DNA of 62,222 bases from a virus (Duplodnaviria > Caudoviricetes): IMG/VR virus record IMGVR_UViG_3300025490_000001, positions 1 to 62,222 of that record, one strand, 5' to 3'. The translations under genes and the position numbers were made by a program. Below, piece by piece: positions 9,429 to 19,398 of the stretch; position 1 is the stretch's first letter; every line of letters begins with the position of its first letter. Below the pieces are notes generated by a model. It did not search any database and had not been told where the DNA came from. It saw nothing but the letters and a program-made list of their open reading frames with translations.

Positions 9429-11394
9429 CATCACTGCACGGGACGGCGCCAGCGCGGTGTTTGCCCGCGTGCAGCGGTCGATGGGCGAGCTTGATCAGCG
9501 GGCGGGAAAGCTGTCGGCGGGGTTTGCTGGTATTGGCGCGGCGCTTGGCACGGCCACCCTAGCCGGGGCTGGTTTTGCCCTTGTTGTCGCCAACTCCATT
9601 CGGGCTACGGCCAATTTCGGCGACCAGATGGGGCACGCTGCGCAGCGCTTGGGCATCACTGCCGAGTCGATGAGCCGCCTACGCTACGCCGCCACGCAGT
9701 CTGATGCCACCTTCGAACAGCTCGAGCAAGGGCTGCACCGGCTTGGGCAAAGCACCGTCACCAATGCCGCGCTCTTTGACCGCCTGGGCATCGCCACCCG
9801 CGACTCTGCCGGCAATATGCGGGCGAGCGACGCGCTCTTTAAGGACGTGGCCGACCGTTTTGCCGCCATGCCGGCGGGCATCGAAAAAACCAATCTGGCG
9901 ATTGCACTTTTCGGCCGCGAGCTTGGCCCCCGGCTTTTGCCGACGCTCAACAACGGGGCCGATGGCCTGCGCGAACTGGGCGACGAAGCCGAGCGCTTTG
10001 GCCGCGTGGTAACTGATGAGGCTGCAGCGTCGGCTATCCTTTTCAACGACAATTTGTCGAAATTGACAGAGGCGGGCACGGGCCTTGTGCATGTTTTTGG
10101 CAATGCTGTCATCCCCGCTATTGCCCGGCTATCCACGGAAATGCTCGAGGGGCAGCGCATTGCTGGCGGCTTTTGGCAGGCGCTGGGCACCTTTGCCACC
10201 ATTAACCCATTTCGCAGCATCGAGGGCAATCTGGCCGAGCGGCGCCGTGTGTTGGCGCAGTACGAGGCCGAGCTGCAGCACGTGCCAGAGCACATGCGGG
10301 CGCAGACCGACGAGCGGCTAAGGGCCGACATCGCCAGACTGCGCAAGCAAATCGAATTTTTGGAGGGCCAGCAGACCGGCTTTGCCCGCCCGCCGCGCGA
10401 GCGCGTGTATCAGCCGCTGCCCGACGAACCCCCGGCCGCCAACAGAGGCACCCGCGCCCCGCGCACGGGCGGCAGCAGAGCCCCCGCCGCAGCCCGCATC
10501 ACCGAGGCCGAAAAATACCTGCAGGCCCTGCAGCGCCAGCTCGAAGCCATGGATGAGCTGTCCGAGCGCGAGCAGGTGCTGCGAGACATTGGGCTAGGCC
10601 GCCTTGCGGGCTTGACAGCCGCCCAGCGCGAGCAGGCGCTGGCCGTGGCCGACACCATCGACGCCCGCAAGCTAGAGGCCGAGCAAGACCGCGAGCGGCT
10701 GGCCATCATGGGCACGCTGCGCCAAGCTGTGATCGACGAGGCCCGCGCCGTGCAGGCCGCCAACGAGCAGTGGGAAAACATGCTGCAGGCGCTGGTGGCC
10801 GACACCGCCGTCGAGCGCACCCGGCGCCTCACAGAGCAGGTGCTGGTGCTCGATGAGGCGCTCATCGCTGGGCGCATCCATGCCGACCAGCACGCCGACG
10901 CCATTGCCAAAATCACCGAGCGATCGGACGGCGTGGATCGGCTGACCGATTCGGTCAAGGACCTCAATCTGAGCTTCACGAGCGCCTTTGAAAACGCCGT
11001 AGAGTCTGGCGGGCGCCTGCGCGATGTGATCAGCGGCATCATCACCGACATGGCCCGCATGGCCTTCCGGCAGACAGTCTCGCAGCCGCTGAGCAGCGCG
11101 CTCAATTCTTTCATCGGTAGCATTTTCAGCTTCGACGGTGGCGGCTACACCGGCAGCGGCCCGCGCTCGGGCGGCCTCGATGGCCGGGGCGGCTACATCG
11201 CCATGCTGCACCCCCAAGAGACGGTGATCGACCACACCAAGGGCCAAGGCGCCGGGCGCAGCGTAGTCGTCAATCAGTCGTTCAGCTTCAACGGCCCTGC
11301 CGACCAAGCGCTGGTGCTTACTGCCGCGCGCATGGGCGCCGCCATGGGCCGCCGCGCCATTTACGACGACATGGCCAGAGGGCGCATGGCATGA
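9406..11394 (+). CDS. Tape measure protein
   Basis: 662 aa Ala/Leu-rich helical; IDITARD N-terminus; FDGGGYTG..LHPQE C-terminus. Confidence 0.9.
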   Translation: MVGTARIDITARDGASAVFARVQRSMGELDQRAGKLSAGFAGIGAALGTATLAGAGFALVVANSIRATANFGDQMGHAAQRLGITAESMSRLRYAATQSDATFEQLEQGLHRLGQSTVTNAALFDRLGIATRDSAGNMRASDALFKDVADRFAAMPAGIEKTNLAIALFGRELGPRLLPTLNNGADGLRELGDEAERFGRVVTDEAAASAILFNDNLSKLTEAGTGLVHVFGNAVIPAIARLSTEMLEGQRIAGGFWQALGTFATINPFRSIEGNLAERRRVLAQYEAELQHVPEHMRAQTDERLRADIARLRKQIEFLEGQQTGFARPPRERVYQPLPDEPPAANRGTRAPRTGGSRAPAAARITEAEKYLQALQRQLEAMDELSEREQVLRDIGLGRLAGLTAAQREQALAVADTIDARKLEAEQDRERLAIMGTLRQAVIDEARAVQAANEQWENMLQALVADTAVERTRRLTEQVLVLDEALIAGRIHADQHADAIAKITERSDGVDRLTDSVKDLNLSFTSAFENAVESGGRLRDVISGIITDMARMAFRQTVSQPLSSALNSFIGSIFSFDGGGYTGSGPRSGGLDGRGGYIAMLHPQETVIDHTKGQGAGRSVVVNQSFSFNGPADQALVLTAARMGAAMGRRAIYDDMARGRMA

Positions 11395-11993
11395 TCACCC
11401 ATCCTTGGCCCACGGGCCGCGAATTCCACCCGGTGGGTTTTACCTGGGGCGTGCGCGACAACTCGCGTGCATTTGTGTCCGAGCTCTCGGGCGCCATGCA
11501 GACCATGAGCCTGCCAGGCACGCGTTGGGCTGTGATCATGGAGATCAACAACCACGCGCCCGACGATCGCGCCCGCGTCGAGGGCTTTTTGGCCCGTGCG
11601 CGGCAGCAGAGCCGCATCGAGATGCACCGGCTTGACCGGCCCCGCCCCATCGGCACCATCGCCCTCAACACCGTCACCCTGAGCGCGGCGGTTGCGCAGT
11701 TTGCCAGCAGCATCACCCTGGTGGGCTGCGGCGCCAACGCCACCATGCGGGCGGGCTCCATGCTCGGGCTGGGTGGCCAGCTGCTCATGGTGGCGCAAGA
11801 CGCTGCGGCCAACGCATCCGGCGTGATGGTGGTGCAGCTCACACACATGCTGCGCGCTGCGCACTTTGCGGGCGCCCCCGTAGTGCTCGACCGGCCTACC
11901 GCACGCTGGATTCTCAAAACGGGCGAGATCGACTTTCCCCGCTACAAAACGATTGCCACGCCGCTGGTGCTCGAGCTGCAGGAGGCGTTTTAA
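11391..11993 (+). CDS. Distal tail / minor tail protein
   Basis: Synteny after tape measure; SELSGAMQT..PGTRW. Confidence 0.6.
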   Translation: MITHPWPTGREFHPVGFTWGVRDNSRAFVSELSGAMQTMSLPGTRWAVIMEINNHAPDDRARVEGFLARARQQSRIEMHRLDRPRPIGTIALNTVTLSAAVAQFASSITLVGCGANATMRAGSMLGLGGQLLMVAQDAAANASGVMVVQLTHMLRAAHFAGAPVVLDRPTARWILKTGEIDFPRYKTIATPLVLELQEAF

Positions 11994-12577
11994 TGTCCGT
12001 GCGCCCATCCCTGCCCGGTGCGTTTGCCCAAGCGGTGCAGCGCGAGCACATCGTTTGGTTTTGGCTGGCCGAGATGCAACTGCTGGGCGGCACCGTGCGG
12101 CTGGCCGGGCTCGATTTTGACGTGCAATGGGGCGGCCATGACTGGACGGGCGCGCGCGGCCTAGGGGCCATCGCTCCCATCGAGGAGACGCCGGGCGTGA
12201 TCACCGGCCTGCAGCTCACGCTGGCTGGCGTCACGCAAGAGCACATCGCCGCCGTGCTGGCCGAGCCCATCCAAGGGCGGCCCGTGATCATCCGCGTGGC
12301 GGTGCTCGACACCTCGACCGAGCCGCCGGCGCTGGCGGTTGACCCCAATGTGTGGCAGGGCCTGCTCGACGTGCAGCGCTTCAGCGAGGCCTCGGCCACG
12401 GTGGTGGTTAACGCCGAAAACCGCCTTGTCGAGTGGGATCGCCCGCGCCTGCTGCGCTACAGCGACGCCGACCACCGCCGCCTGTGGCCGCACGACGGGT
12501 TTTTCAGGCTGGCCGCAGCCATGGCCGAGCGCGATATTGTGATCTTCTCCAAAGAGGCGCTGGCGCGTCAATCATGA
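11993..12577 (+). CDS. Minor tail (hub, gpL-like) protein
   Basis: Synteny; WGGHDWTGARGLG, RYSDADHRRLWPHDGFF. Confidence 0.6.
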   Translation: MSVRPSLPGAFAQAVQREHIVWFWLAEMQLLGGTVRLAGLDFDVQWGGHDWTGARGLGAIAPIEETPGVITGLQLTLAGVTQEHIAAVLAEPIQGRPVIIRVAVLDTSTEPPALAVDPNVWQGLLDVQRFSEASATVVVNAENRLVEWDRPRLLRYSDADHRRLWPHDGFFRLAAAMAERDIVIFSKEALARQS

Positions 12578-13008
12578 GCAAGCGCATACCCCAGCCCCTG
12601 CCGCCGCGGCACCCAGACTGGCCGCAGCGCCTAGCCGACTACATCGAGCAGCGCCGCGCCCAGCCCTTTGCGTGGGGCGCGCACGACTGCTGCACCTTTG
12701 CGTGCGACGCCGTGCTGCACCTGACCGGCGCCGACCCCATGTCCGACCTGCGCCACGTCAAAACCGCCGCCGCCGCCACGCGGCTGCTCAAGCGCCACCC
12801 GCTGCCCGCTCTGGTGGCCGAGCGCATGGGGCCGATGCAGCCCGCCACCCTAGCGCAGCGCGGCGACGTGGTGTTGATCGAGCAAGAGTCCCGCCAGCTG
12901 CTGGGCGTGTGCCTAGGCAGCCATTGGGCCGCCCCGGGCAACGCCGGGCTGGTGTTTGGCCCCATGGATACCGCGCTGGGCGCTTGGCCTGCTGGGAGGG
13001 GTGCGTAA
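12574..13008 (+). CDS. NlpC/P60-like tail protein (DUF6950-like)
   Basis: PFAWGAHDCCTFA and AQRGDVV motifs; start re-called at 12574. Confidence 0.7.
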   Translation: MSKRIPQPLPPRHPDWPQRLADYIEQRRAQPFAWGAHDCCTFACDAVLHLTGADPMSDLRHVKTAAAATRLLKRHPLPALVAERMGPMQPATLAQRGDVVLIEQESRQLLGVCLGSHWAAPGNAGLVFGPMDTALGAWPAGRGA

Positions 13009-15860
13009 TGCCTGCCGCCATACCTCTGCTCGTCGGCGCCGTCACCGCGTCGGCGGTCGCAAAAACTGCTATTGGCGCCACCGTGCTTTTTGGCGCCGTC
13101 ACCGTGGCCACCGTGGCGGGCGCTGTTGCGTCGTCTGTCGTCGGCTCTGCTGTGGCCCGCCGCCAAGAAAAAAAGATGAGCGCAGCGGCGCAGGCCGGCG
13201 CAGCCAATGCCGCCGCAGCCAATGCCGCCGCCGCCAGACTGCGCGACGTGCAGAGCGTGGTGCGCAGCGCCATCGAGCCCCAGCGCATCGTGTATGGCCG
13301 TGCGCTGGTGGGCGGCACGCTGCCGTTTTGGTTTGTGAGTGGCGATTTAGGCCAGTTCCACCATTGGGCGCAGACGCTGGCCGGGCACCAGATTGATGGC
13401 GTTGACGCCTACTATGTGGGCGACGATCCCGTCACCGTCGATGGCAATGGCTGGGTGACCACGCCGCAGTATTGCCGTGGCGGCACGGTGCCGCTCATCC
13501 GCCTGCGCCTCTACACCGGCACACAGACCACCCTCGACGCCGACCTAGTGGCCGCCAGCGCCGGCGCACTTACCGCCGCCGACGCCGGGCGCGGCATGGC
13601 CTACCTGTACGTGCGCTGGGAGGCCGACTTCGACGTGTTCGGCCAGACCGGCGCCCCCACCATCCGCGCTGTGGTGCGTGGCAAACCCCTGCTCGACCCG
13701 CGCACCGGCCAGACCGTGTTTTCCGACAACGCCGCGCTGGCCGTGCGCGACTACCTCACCAGCCATCAGGGCCTGCGCTGCACCACCGCCGAGGTCAACA
13801 ATGCCGACGTGATCGCCGCCGCCAACATCTGCGACGAGATCATCCCCCTTGCGGGCGGCGCCACCCAGCGGCGCTACACCGTCAACGGCGCCCTGAGCTG
13901 CGGCGACAACCTCAAAGACAACCTCGAAACCCTCACCGACGCCATGGCCGGCATGGCCGCGTGGACGCAAGGCCAATGGAGCGTGCAGGCCGGCGCGTGG
14001 CAGGCGCCCGTAGGCCCCGGCATCGGGGTTGACGACATTATCAGCGTCGAGGAGGTCATCGCCTTCACCCCGCGCCGCGAGCTATTCAATACCGTCACAG
14101 GCACCTACATCGAGCCCGGCGAGGTGTTTGCCGCCAAGCAATTCCCCGCCGTCACCAATGCCGGCTATGTGGCGCAAGACGGCGGCCATGTGGTCGAGCG
14201 CGACCTCACGCTGCCCCTGTGCAACGACGGCGTGCGCGCCCAGCGCATGGCCAAGATCGAGCTCGAGCGCGCCCGCCAAGCCGTGACCGCATCACTGCTG
14301 TGCAAATGGACGACCTACGACCTGCGCCCCGGTAGCCACGTGGCCGTGACCATTCCGCGCTACGGCTGGGCCGGTAAAACCTTCTTCGTGGCCGACCGCA
14401 CCCTGAGCGCCGACGGCATCCGCTACGTGCTGCGCGAAACCGCGCCCCAAGTGTGGGCGTGGAACATGGGCGAGGCCACCGCCACCGACCCCGCGCCCAA
14501 CACCACCCTGCCAAACCCGTTTGTCGCGCCCGCCATCACCGGCCTGGCCGCGCACAGTGGCACCGGCGCACTGCAGATTGCGGGCGACGGCACCGTAATC
14601 AGCCGCATCCGCCTAAGCTGGGCCACCCTTATCAGCCCGCACATACAGACCGCCGGGCGAGTCGAAATTGAATACCGCCCCGTGGGCGCGACCGATTGGG
14701 TAACGGCCCGAGCAGACGGCAGCGAAACTGCGACCTACCTAGGCCCGGTCGAAGATGGCATTGTGTACGAGGTGCGCGCGCGGGCTGTCAACAGCATCGG
14801 CCAGCGCGGCACTTGGGCCAGCATCACGCATACCGTGGTGGGCAAAACCGAGCCACCGCCCAGCGTGACCGGCCTCACGATCAGCGGCGACACTCTCAAC
14901 TGGGCACCTATCGAGGGCGTGGCCGATCTGGCGGGCTACGTGGCGCGCTTCCACTACGGCAACAATCCGTGGTGGCCCACCGCCACGCCGCTGCACGATG
15001 GTGTGATCACGCAATCCCCATGGACGATGATCACCCGGCCCGCAGGCCCCGTCACGCTTATGGTCAAGGCGCTCGACACCTCGGGCAACACCAGCCTGCA
15101 GCCCGCCGTGATCATCACCGATCTAGGTGATCCGCTGGTGGACAACGTGTTGCTGTCGTGGCCACAGGCACCCACTTGGCCCGGCACCATCACCGGCGCC
15201 AGCGTGGCCGCCGGTGTGCTTTGGGCCAGCGAAAATGACAGCTTCTATGGCCCGAGCTTGGCCGCGTTTTACGGCGCCAGCGAGGCCCCGCGCTACGTTG
15301 CGTCAACATTTGCAGATGCGGAATATGCCTTTGCTTTGGTCAACGCAGCCAGCGGGCATCTCACCCTATTGCACAGCATCGATGGACTGAGCCGCACCAT
15401 CGAATTCCAGCGCGACAACCAAAACGCGCGCTATGGTAGCCCCAGCGACCTGTTTTATGCCGGCGCTGGCGCCGACCCTTTCTACGGCTTGCCGCCGGCG
15501 TGGGCTACGTGGCCCGGTGGGCTGATGCTGACGCTGCCCGAGCGCATCGCCTTCCGCGTGCGCGTGGCTGGCGGTTCGCAGCGCGGCAGCATCAGCCTGC
15601 TCACGGCCGTGCTCGACGTGCCCGACGTGATCGAAACCATCGCCGACGCCGTGGTGCCCGCTGGCGGCTCCCGGCTGCCGATCGCGCAAAGCTACCGCCA
15701 GATCGTCAACGTGCAGATCACCCTGCAAGACGACAACAACGGCGGGCGCACCGCCCTCATCATCGACAAAAACCCCGTTTTGGGGCCATCCGTCATCGTG
15801 CTCAACGCCGCCGGCGCCTCGGTGCCCGGGCGCGTCGATGCCACCGTCCAAGGTTTTTGA
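13008..15860 (+). CDS. Tail tip / host specificity protein (gpJ-like, FN3 domains)
   Basis: RIVYGRALVGG, DNAALAVRDYL, YEVRARAVNSIG; start re-called at 13008. Confidence 0.85.
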   Translation: MPAAIPLLVGAVTASAVAKTAIGATVLFGAVTVATVAGAVASSVVGSAVARRQEKKMSAAAQAGAANAAAANAAAARLRDVQSVVRSAIEPQRIVYGRALVGGTLPFWFVSGDLGQFHHWAQTLAGHQIDGVDAYYVGDDPVTVDGNGWVTTPQYCRGGTVPLIRLRLYTGTQTTLDADLVAASAGALTAADAGRGMAYLYVRWEADFDVFGQTGAPTIRAVVRGKPLLDPRTGQTVFSDNAALAVRDYLTSHQGLRCTTAEVNNADVIAAANICDEIIPLAGGATQRRYTVNGALSCGDNLKDNLETLTDAMAGMAAWTQGQWSVQAGAWQAPVGPGIGVDDIISVEEVIAFTPRRELFNTVTGTYIEPGEVFAAKQFPAVTNAGYVAQDGGHVVERDLTLPLCNDGVRAQRMAKIELERARQAVTASLLCKWTTYDLRPGSHVAVTIPRYGWAGKTFFVADRTLSADGIRYVLRETAPQVWAWNMGEATATDPAPNTTLPNPFVAPAITGLAAHSGTGALQIAGDGTVISRIRLSWATLISPHIQTAGRVEIEYRPVGATDWVTARADGSETATYLGPVEDGIVYEVRARAVNSIGQRGTWASITHTVVGKTEPPPSVTGLTISGDTLNWAPIEGVADLAGYVARFHYGNNPWWPTATPLHDGVITQSPWTMITRPAGPVTLMVKALDTSGNTSLQPAVIITDLGDPLVDNVLLSWPQAPTWPGTITGASVAAGVLWASENDSFYGPSLAAFYGASEAPRYVASTFADAEYAFALVNAASGHLTLLHSIDGLSRTIEFQRDNQNARYGSPSDLFYAGAGADPFYGLPPAWATWPGGLMLTLPERIAFRVRVAGGSQRGSISLLTAVLDVPDVIETIADAVVPAGGSRLPIAQSYRQIVNVQITLQDDNNGGRTALIIDKNPVLGPSVIVLNAAGASVPGRVDATVQGF

Positions 15861-15875
15861 AACAGGAGCCCACCC

Positions 15876-16901
15876 ATGACCGCCCCACCCGCCAGAAACA
15901 CACTATCCGGCACCCCGACCAACGCGCAATTCAACGCCGGCATAGGCGCCCTCTACGACTACACCGTGGGCCTGCTGGGCGCCAGCGGCACCCCCGCTGC
16001 CGCCCGCGCCGCGCTCGACGCAGTTGGCCTGACCGGCAACGAGACCATTGCAGGCGTCAAGACGTTCAGTAGCCCGATTGCTGGTGCCACGAACAGCCAA
16101 GTGAGCCTAACTGGCGACCAGACCATTGCTGGAGTTAAGTCCTTCAGCAGCCAGGTCAACGGCAAGACTAGCGGAACAGACTCAATTCCAGCCTTCTCCG
16201 CCGCAACGACCGGTGGTGCTTACAACACTATGTGGGATCGTCGTGGTGCACCGTTCCACGCGGTTTCGGAGACAGTAGGCAGCAGCTATTCCCCGGCTTT
16301 AAGTCACCAGTACACTCATAACGCTGGGTGGGGCGGTGTCTACTCAGTTGGGGTGCTTAACCACGCGGCACAAAGCGCCGGATCGTTTGTCATCCACCAT
16401 ATAAATTCCGCTGCTGCCGAGCATTTCGAGTGGCAGTTCAACGGGTCAAACGGTGACTTCATAGCTCCGGGCGCCATCTCAGCAGATTCTGGGCTTCGAG
16501 CCAACACCATCGCCAACCGCGTAGGAACCGGAGCGCCGAATTTTCCGAATGGGTTAACGGCCCCGTCTATTACCGTGGGGGCGTTGCCTACGTTTCAGTG
16601 CCGCGCATGGGTCAATTTCAACGGCGCGGGCGCGGTGGCTATTCGGGGTGGCGGGAATGTGTCGAGTATTACGGATAACGGGGTGGGTGACTACACGATA
16701 AACTTTATAACCGCCATGCCTGATGGGAATTACGCAATTACAGGAACTTGCAACACCATCCAACAACACCCCGTCGTTGGTGTGAGCCTTCATAATCACG
16801 ATACATCGTTCGCGCGGGTGTTGACAGGGACGTCTGGTAGCTCTGCTTCCACTGGATTCGTCACCGACCCTGATTTTGTGTTTGTCGCCATCTTCCGCTG
16901 A
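15876..16901 (+). CDS. Side tail fibre
   Basis: Two V.LTG..TIAGVK.FSS repeats; C-terminal CRAWVNFNG..NVSSITDNGVGDYTINF; visibly lower GC. Confidence 0.75.
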   Translation: MTAPPARNTLSGTPTNAQFNAGIGALYDYTVGLLGASGTPAAARAALDAVGLTGNETIAGVKTFSSPIAGATNSQVSLTGDQTIAGVKSFSSQVNGKTSGTDSIPAFSAATTGGAYNTMWDRRGAPFHAVSETVGSSYSPALSHQYTHNAGWGGVYSVGVLNHAAQSAGSFVIHHINSAAAEHFEWQFNGSNGDFIAPGAISADSGLRANTIANRVGTGAPNFPNGLTAPSITVGALPTFQCRAWVNFNGAGAVAIRGGGNVSSITDNGVGDYTINFITAMPDGNYAITGTCNTIQQHPVVGVSLHNHDTSFARVLTGTSGSSASTGFVTDPDFVFVAIFR

Positions 16902-16910
16902 TCCCACACC

Positions 16911-17183
16911 ATGAGCACACAACAAATGAACCCCGTCATCATCTACAACCAAGACAACGGCGTAGTAGCCATTATCCGTCCCACTGAAGAAGCCCTTAGC
17001 GTGTACGGTATCGAAGCCATCGCAGCCAAGGATGTGCCCGCAGGCAAGCCATACAGGATCGTGGACGCCAGCGAGATCCCCACTGACCGAAGCCAGCGCA
17101 ATGCATGGACGGTGGATGACGCTGATCTGACGGGCGGCGTAGGCGCTGAATCCAACGAGTTTCCGCAGGGGGTGCAACCGTGA
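16911..17183 (+). CDS. Tail fibre-associated small protein
   Basis: IAAKDVPAGKPYRIVD..PTDR..RNAW pattern; follows fibre gene. Confidence 0.6.
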   Translation: MSTQQMNPVIIYNQDNGVVAIIRPTEEALSVYGIEAIAAKDVPAGKPYRIVDASEIPTDRSQRNAWTVDDADLTGGVGAESNEFPQGVQP

Positions 17184-17461
17184 TTATCAAGATCGACCAG
17201 ACTCTGGCCAAGCCGCCAGTGCCGCAATCCGTCACCATGCGTCAAGCCCGTCTGGCGCTGCTGCGAGCTGGCCTGCTGGACGACGTGGGCGCCGCCATCG
17301 CAGCAATCCCTGATCCTGCCCAACGCAAGGCGGCAGAGATTGAATGGGAGTACGCGCAGACGGTTGACCGAAACAGCCCGTTCACGCAGCAAATGGCGGC
17401 AGGGCTGACCCTGACTGCGGCGCAACTGGACGCACTGTTTACACAGGCGGCTGGGCTGTAA
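17180..17461 (+). CDS. Tail fibre assembly-like protein
   Basis: PQSVTMRQARLALL..IEWEYAQTV; homologue at 45799-46212. Confidence 0.65.
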   Translation: MIIKIDQTLAKPPVPQSVTMRQARLALLRAGLLDDVGAAIAAIPDPAQRKAAEIEWEYAQTVDRNSPFTQQMAAGLTLTAAQLDALFTQAAGL

Positions 17462-17467
17462 CCGGCA

Positions 17468-17716
17468 ATGGACACTACGCCGCGCATCATCAAGATCGGC
17501 GATGCCCTGAGCCAGCTCATCAACGTGGCGCTGCTGCCGGGGCACCGGCAAACCACGGCCAATGAGTCGATTTCAGGCCGGGCGCATCGCATGGGCTGGC
17601 GGCACATCGAGCGCGTGATCGACGCGGTGTTTTCGCCATTCGAGCGCGACCATTGCCGGCGGGCGCACGAATCTGACGTAGCGCGGGCAATGAAACTTTT
17701 GGGATTGGAGGAGTAA
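17468..17716 (+). CDS. Phage hypothetical protein
   Basis: LSQLINV..ESISGRA..DHCRR; homologue at 46209-46448. Confidence 0.6.
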   Translation: MDTTPRIIKIGDALSQLINVALLPGHRQTTANESISGRAHRMGWRHIERVIDAVFSPFERDHCRRAHESDVARAMKLLGLEE

Positions 17717-17718
17717 AC

Positions 17719-18024
17719 ATGGACGACGAATACGACGGCGCAGACCGCAGACGCGAGCCCGAGGGCTGGCACCTCGATAAGCGCATCCCCATTGCGACGC
17801 TTGTGGCGATTCTGACTCTGGCGCTTGGTGGCATCCTGCACATCACGCAGATTCGCACCGATCTGGAGATTTTGCGCCAGCAGCAGGCCGCCCTTTCGCA
17901 GCGCGTGGAGCGCTCTGAGATTGCGAACCGCGAGTACCTGCAAAAGATCGACCGCAGCCTAGAGCGCTTGAACGACAAGCTCGACCGGGCCATTTCAGAC
18001 GGCGCGGTAAGGGGACGGCCATGA
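17719..18024 (+). CDS. Membrane-anchored coiled-coil lysis-cassette protein (holin/antiholin candidate)
   Basis: One TM segment plus coiled coil; GGAGGAG RBS. Confidence 0.55.
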   Translation: MDDEYDGADRRREPEGWHLDKRIPIATLVAILTLALGGILHITQIRTDLEILRQQQAALSQRVERSEIANREYLQKIDRSLERLNDKLDRAISDGAVRGRP

Positions 18025-18083
18025 CGCCGCTGTTTTTCCTGCTGGTGCCCTTTCTTTGGTTCTGGGTTTTGTTTGGAGCTTGA
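18021..18083 (+). CDS. 20-aa hydrophobic micropeptide MTPLFFLLVPFLWFWVLFGA
   Basis: ATGA overlap with upstream stop; homologue at 47452-47508. Confidence 0.6.
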   Translation: MTPLFFLLVPFLWFWVLFGA

Positions 18084-18085
18084 CT

Positions 18086-18322
18086 ATGCCTAACCCAATC
18101 GACCGCTGGAAAAATCGTCGCCGTATGGCCTGGGTGTCGTTGTTCGCGGGCTTTGGTTACCCGCTGTTATTGTGGGTATCCGATTCAGACCAGATCGGCA
18201 GCGTTGCCGGCCCGTTCTACGTGTTCATCTCTGCCGTTATCGCCAGTTATATCGGATGGGCCACGGTCGATGACAAAAATTTCAAGGACACGCCCAAGGG
18301 CGCCGACGAAAGGCAGGAATGA
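18086..18322 (+). CDS. Putative holin (2 TM)
   Basis: Basic N-terminus, two hydrophobic helices, immediately before endolysin; start re-called at 18086. Confidence 0.6.
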   Translation: MPNPIDRWKNRRRMAWVSLFAGFGYPLLLWVSDSDQIGSVAGPFYVFISAVIASYIGWATVDDKNFKDTPKGADERQE

Positions 18323-18861
18323 AGATACTGATCGCAGCCGGGCACGGCGGGATCGACCCCGGCAACACTTGGAACGGCGCGCATGAGGCCGTGTTGATGA
18401 CGCAACTGCGCGACATGGTGGCCGAGCGCCTGCGCCGGGCCGGGCACGAGGTGACGACTGACGGCAACAAGGCGCAGAACCAAGTGCTGCGCGAGTCCAT
18501 GCGGCTTGCTGCCGGGCAGGACGTGGCGATTGAGCTGCACACCAATGCTGCTGCGCGCACAGCGGCTACGGGCGTCGAGGTGATCGCAGATCGGCGCGAC
18601 TCGGCGCTGGCGCAACGCATTGCACAAGCCATTGCCCGTGTGCTGGAAATCCCGGTGCGGCGCAATGCCGGCTGGTTGCCGGTGGCCGATATTGCAGCAG
18701 AGCGCGGTTTCACGCCGGGTTTTGTGCGCGCTGGTGGCCTGATCGTGGAATGTTTTTTCCAGAGCAACCCCGACGACCTGCTCAAGTACCGCGCCCGCAC
18801 CGAGCTGGTGGCCGATGCGATTGCCAACGCGATTGCGCCGCCTGATGGGGCGGCACCGTGA
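18319..18861 (+). CDS. Endolysin, N-acetylmuramoyl-L-alanine amidase (Amidase_3)
   Basis: AGHGGIDPG, HEA, ELHTNA, IVECFF zinc-amidase motifs. Confidence 0.9.
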   Translation: MKILIAAGHGGIDPGNTWNGAHEAVLMTQLRDMVAERLRRAGHEVTTDGNKAQNQVLRESMRLAAGQDVAIELHTNAAARTAATGVEVIADRRDSALAQRIAQAIARVLEIPVRRNAGWLPVADIAAERGFTPGFVRAGGLIVECFFQSNPDDLLKYRARTELVADAIANAIAPPDGAAP

Positions 18862-19376
18862 TCTGGCCCTTGCTTGCAAACCGCTGGCTGCTGGGCGGCC
18901 TAGTGGCTGCCGTGGTGGCCGCTGGGGCTGTCTGGACGGCCTACAACGCTGGCTATGAGGCCGGTGCTACCCGCGTGCAGACCGCATGGGATGCAGAGCG
19001 CCTAGAGGCTCTGCGCGCCCGCGCCGAGTTTGAAACCGCTGCCCGCAAGCGCGAGCAGGAACTGGCTGCAAGAGCAGCGCAACAACGTCAGGATCTACGC
19101 CGTGAAATCACTCGTCTTGAGCAGCGCCACGCTGCTGTTGTTGACAGCCTGCGCGACCGCCCCGACCGCCCCGCCGACGGTGGTTCAGTGCCCGGTGCCG
19201 CCACCGCTGGAGCTGAACCTGCCGCCGGATGTACTGGAGCACAACTTTACAGGCCGGATGGTGAATTTCTTGCAGGGGAGGCTGCCCTCGCAGACCGGCT
19301 TAGGCTTGCCCTCGACGCCTGCATCGCCGCCTACGGGGCCTTGAGTGGGCCGTCGGCTGGCGCAGCAGCGCAGTAG
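18858..19376 (+). CDS. i-spanin (Rz-like)
   Basis: N-terminal TM, coiled coil, C-terminal cysteines. Confidence 0.8.
   Translation: MIWPLLANRWLLGGLVAAVVAAGAVWTAYNAGYEAGATRVQTAWDAERLEALRARAEFETAARKREQELAARAAQQRQDLRREITRLEQRHAAVVDSLRDRPDRPADGGSVPGAATAGAEPAAGCTGAQLYRPDGEFLAGEAALADRLRLALDACIAAYGALSGPSAGAAAQ
19102..19344 (+). CDS. Embedded o-spanin lipoprotein (Rz1-like)
   Basis: +1 frame inside Rz; GTG start, lipobox LLTAC, Pro-rich. Confidence 0.75.
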   Translation: MKSLVLSSATLLLLTACATAPTAPPTVVQCPVPPPLELNLPPDVLEHNFTGRMVNFLQGRLPSQTGLGLPSTPASPPTGP

Positions 19377-19398
19377 GGCTTTGCCTCTGCTCCCGTCA

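Noticed and set aside
15876-16901. Second DGR target in phage A fibre
   Set aside because: No TR-like sequence or IMH found by eye
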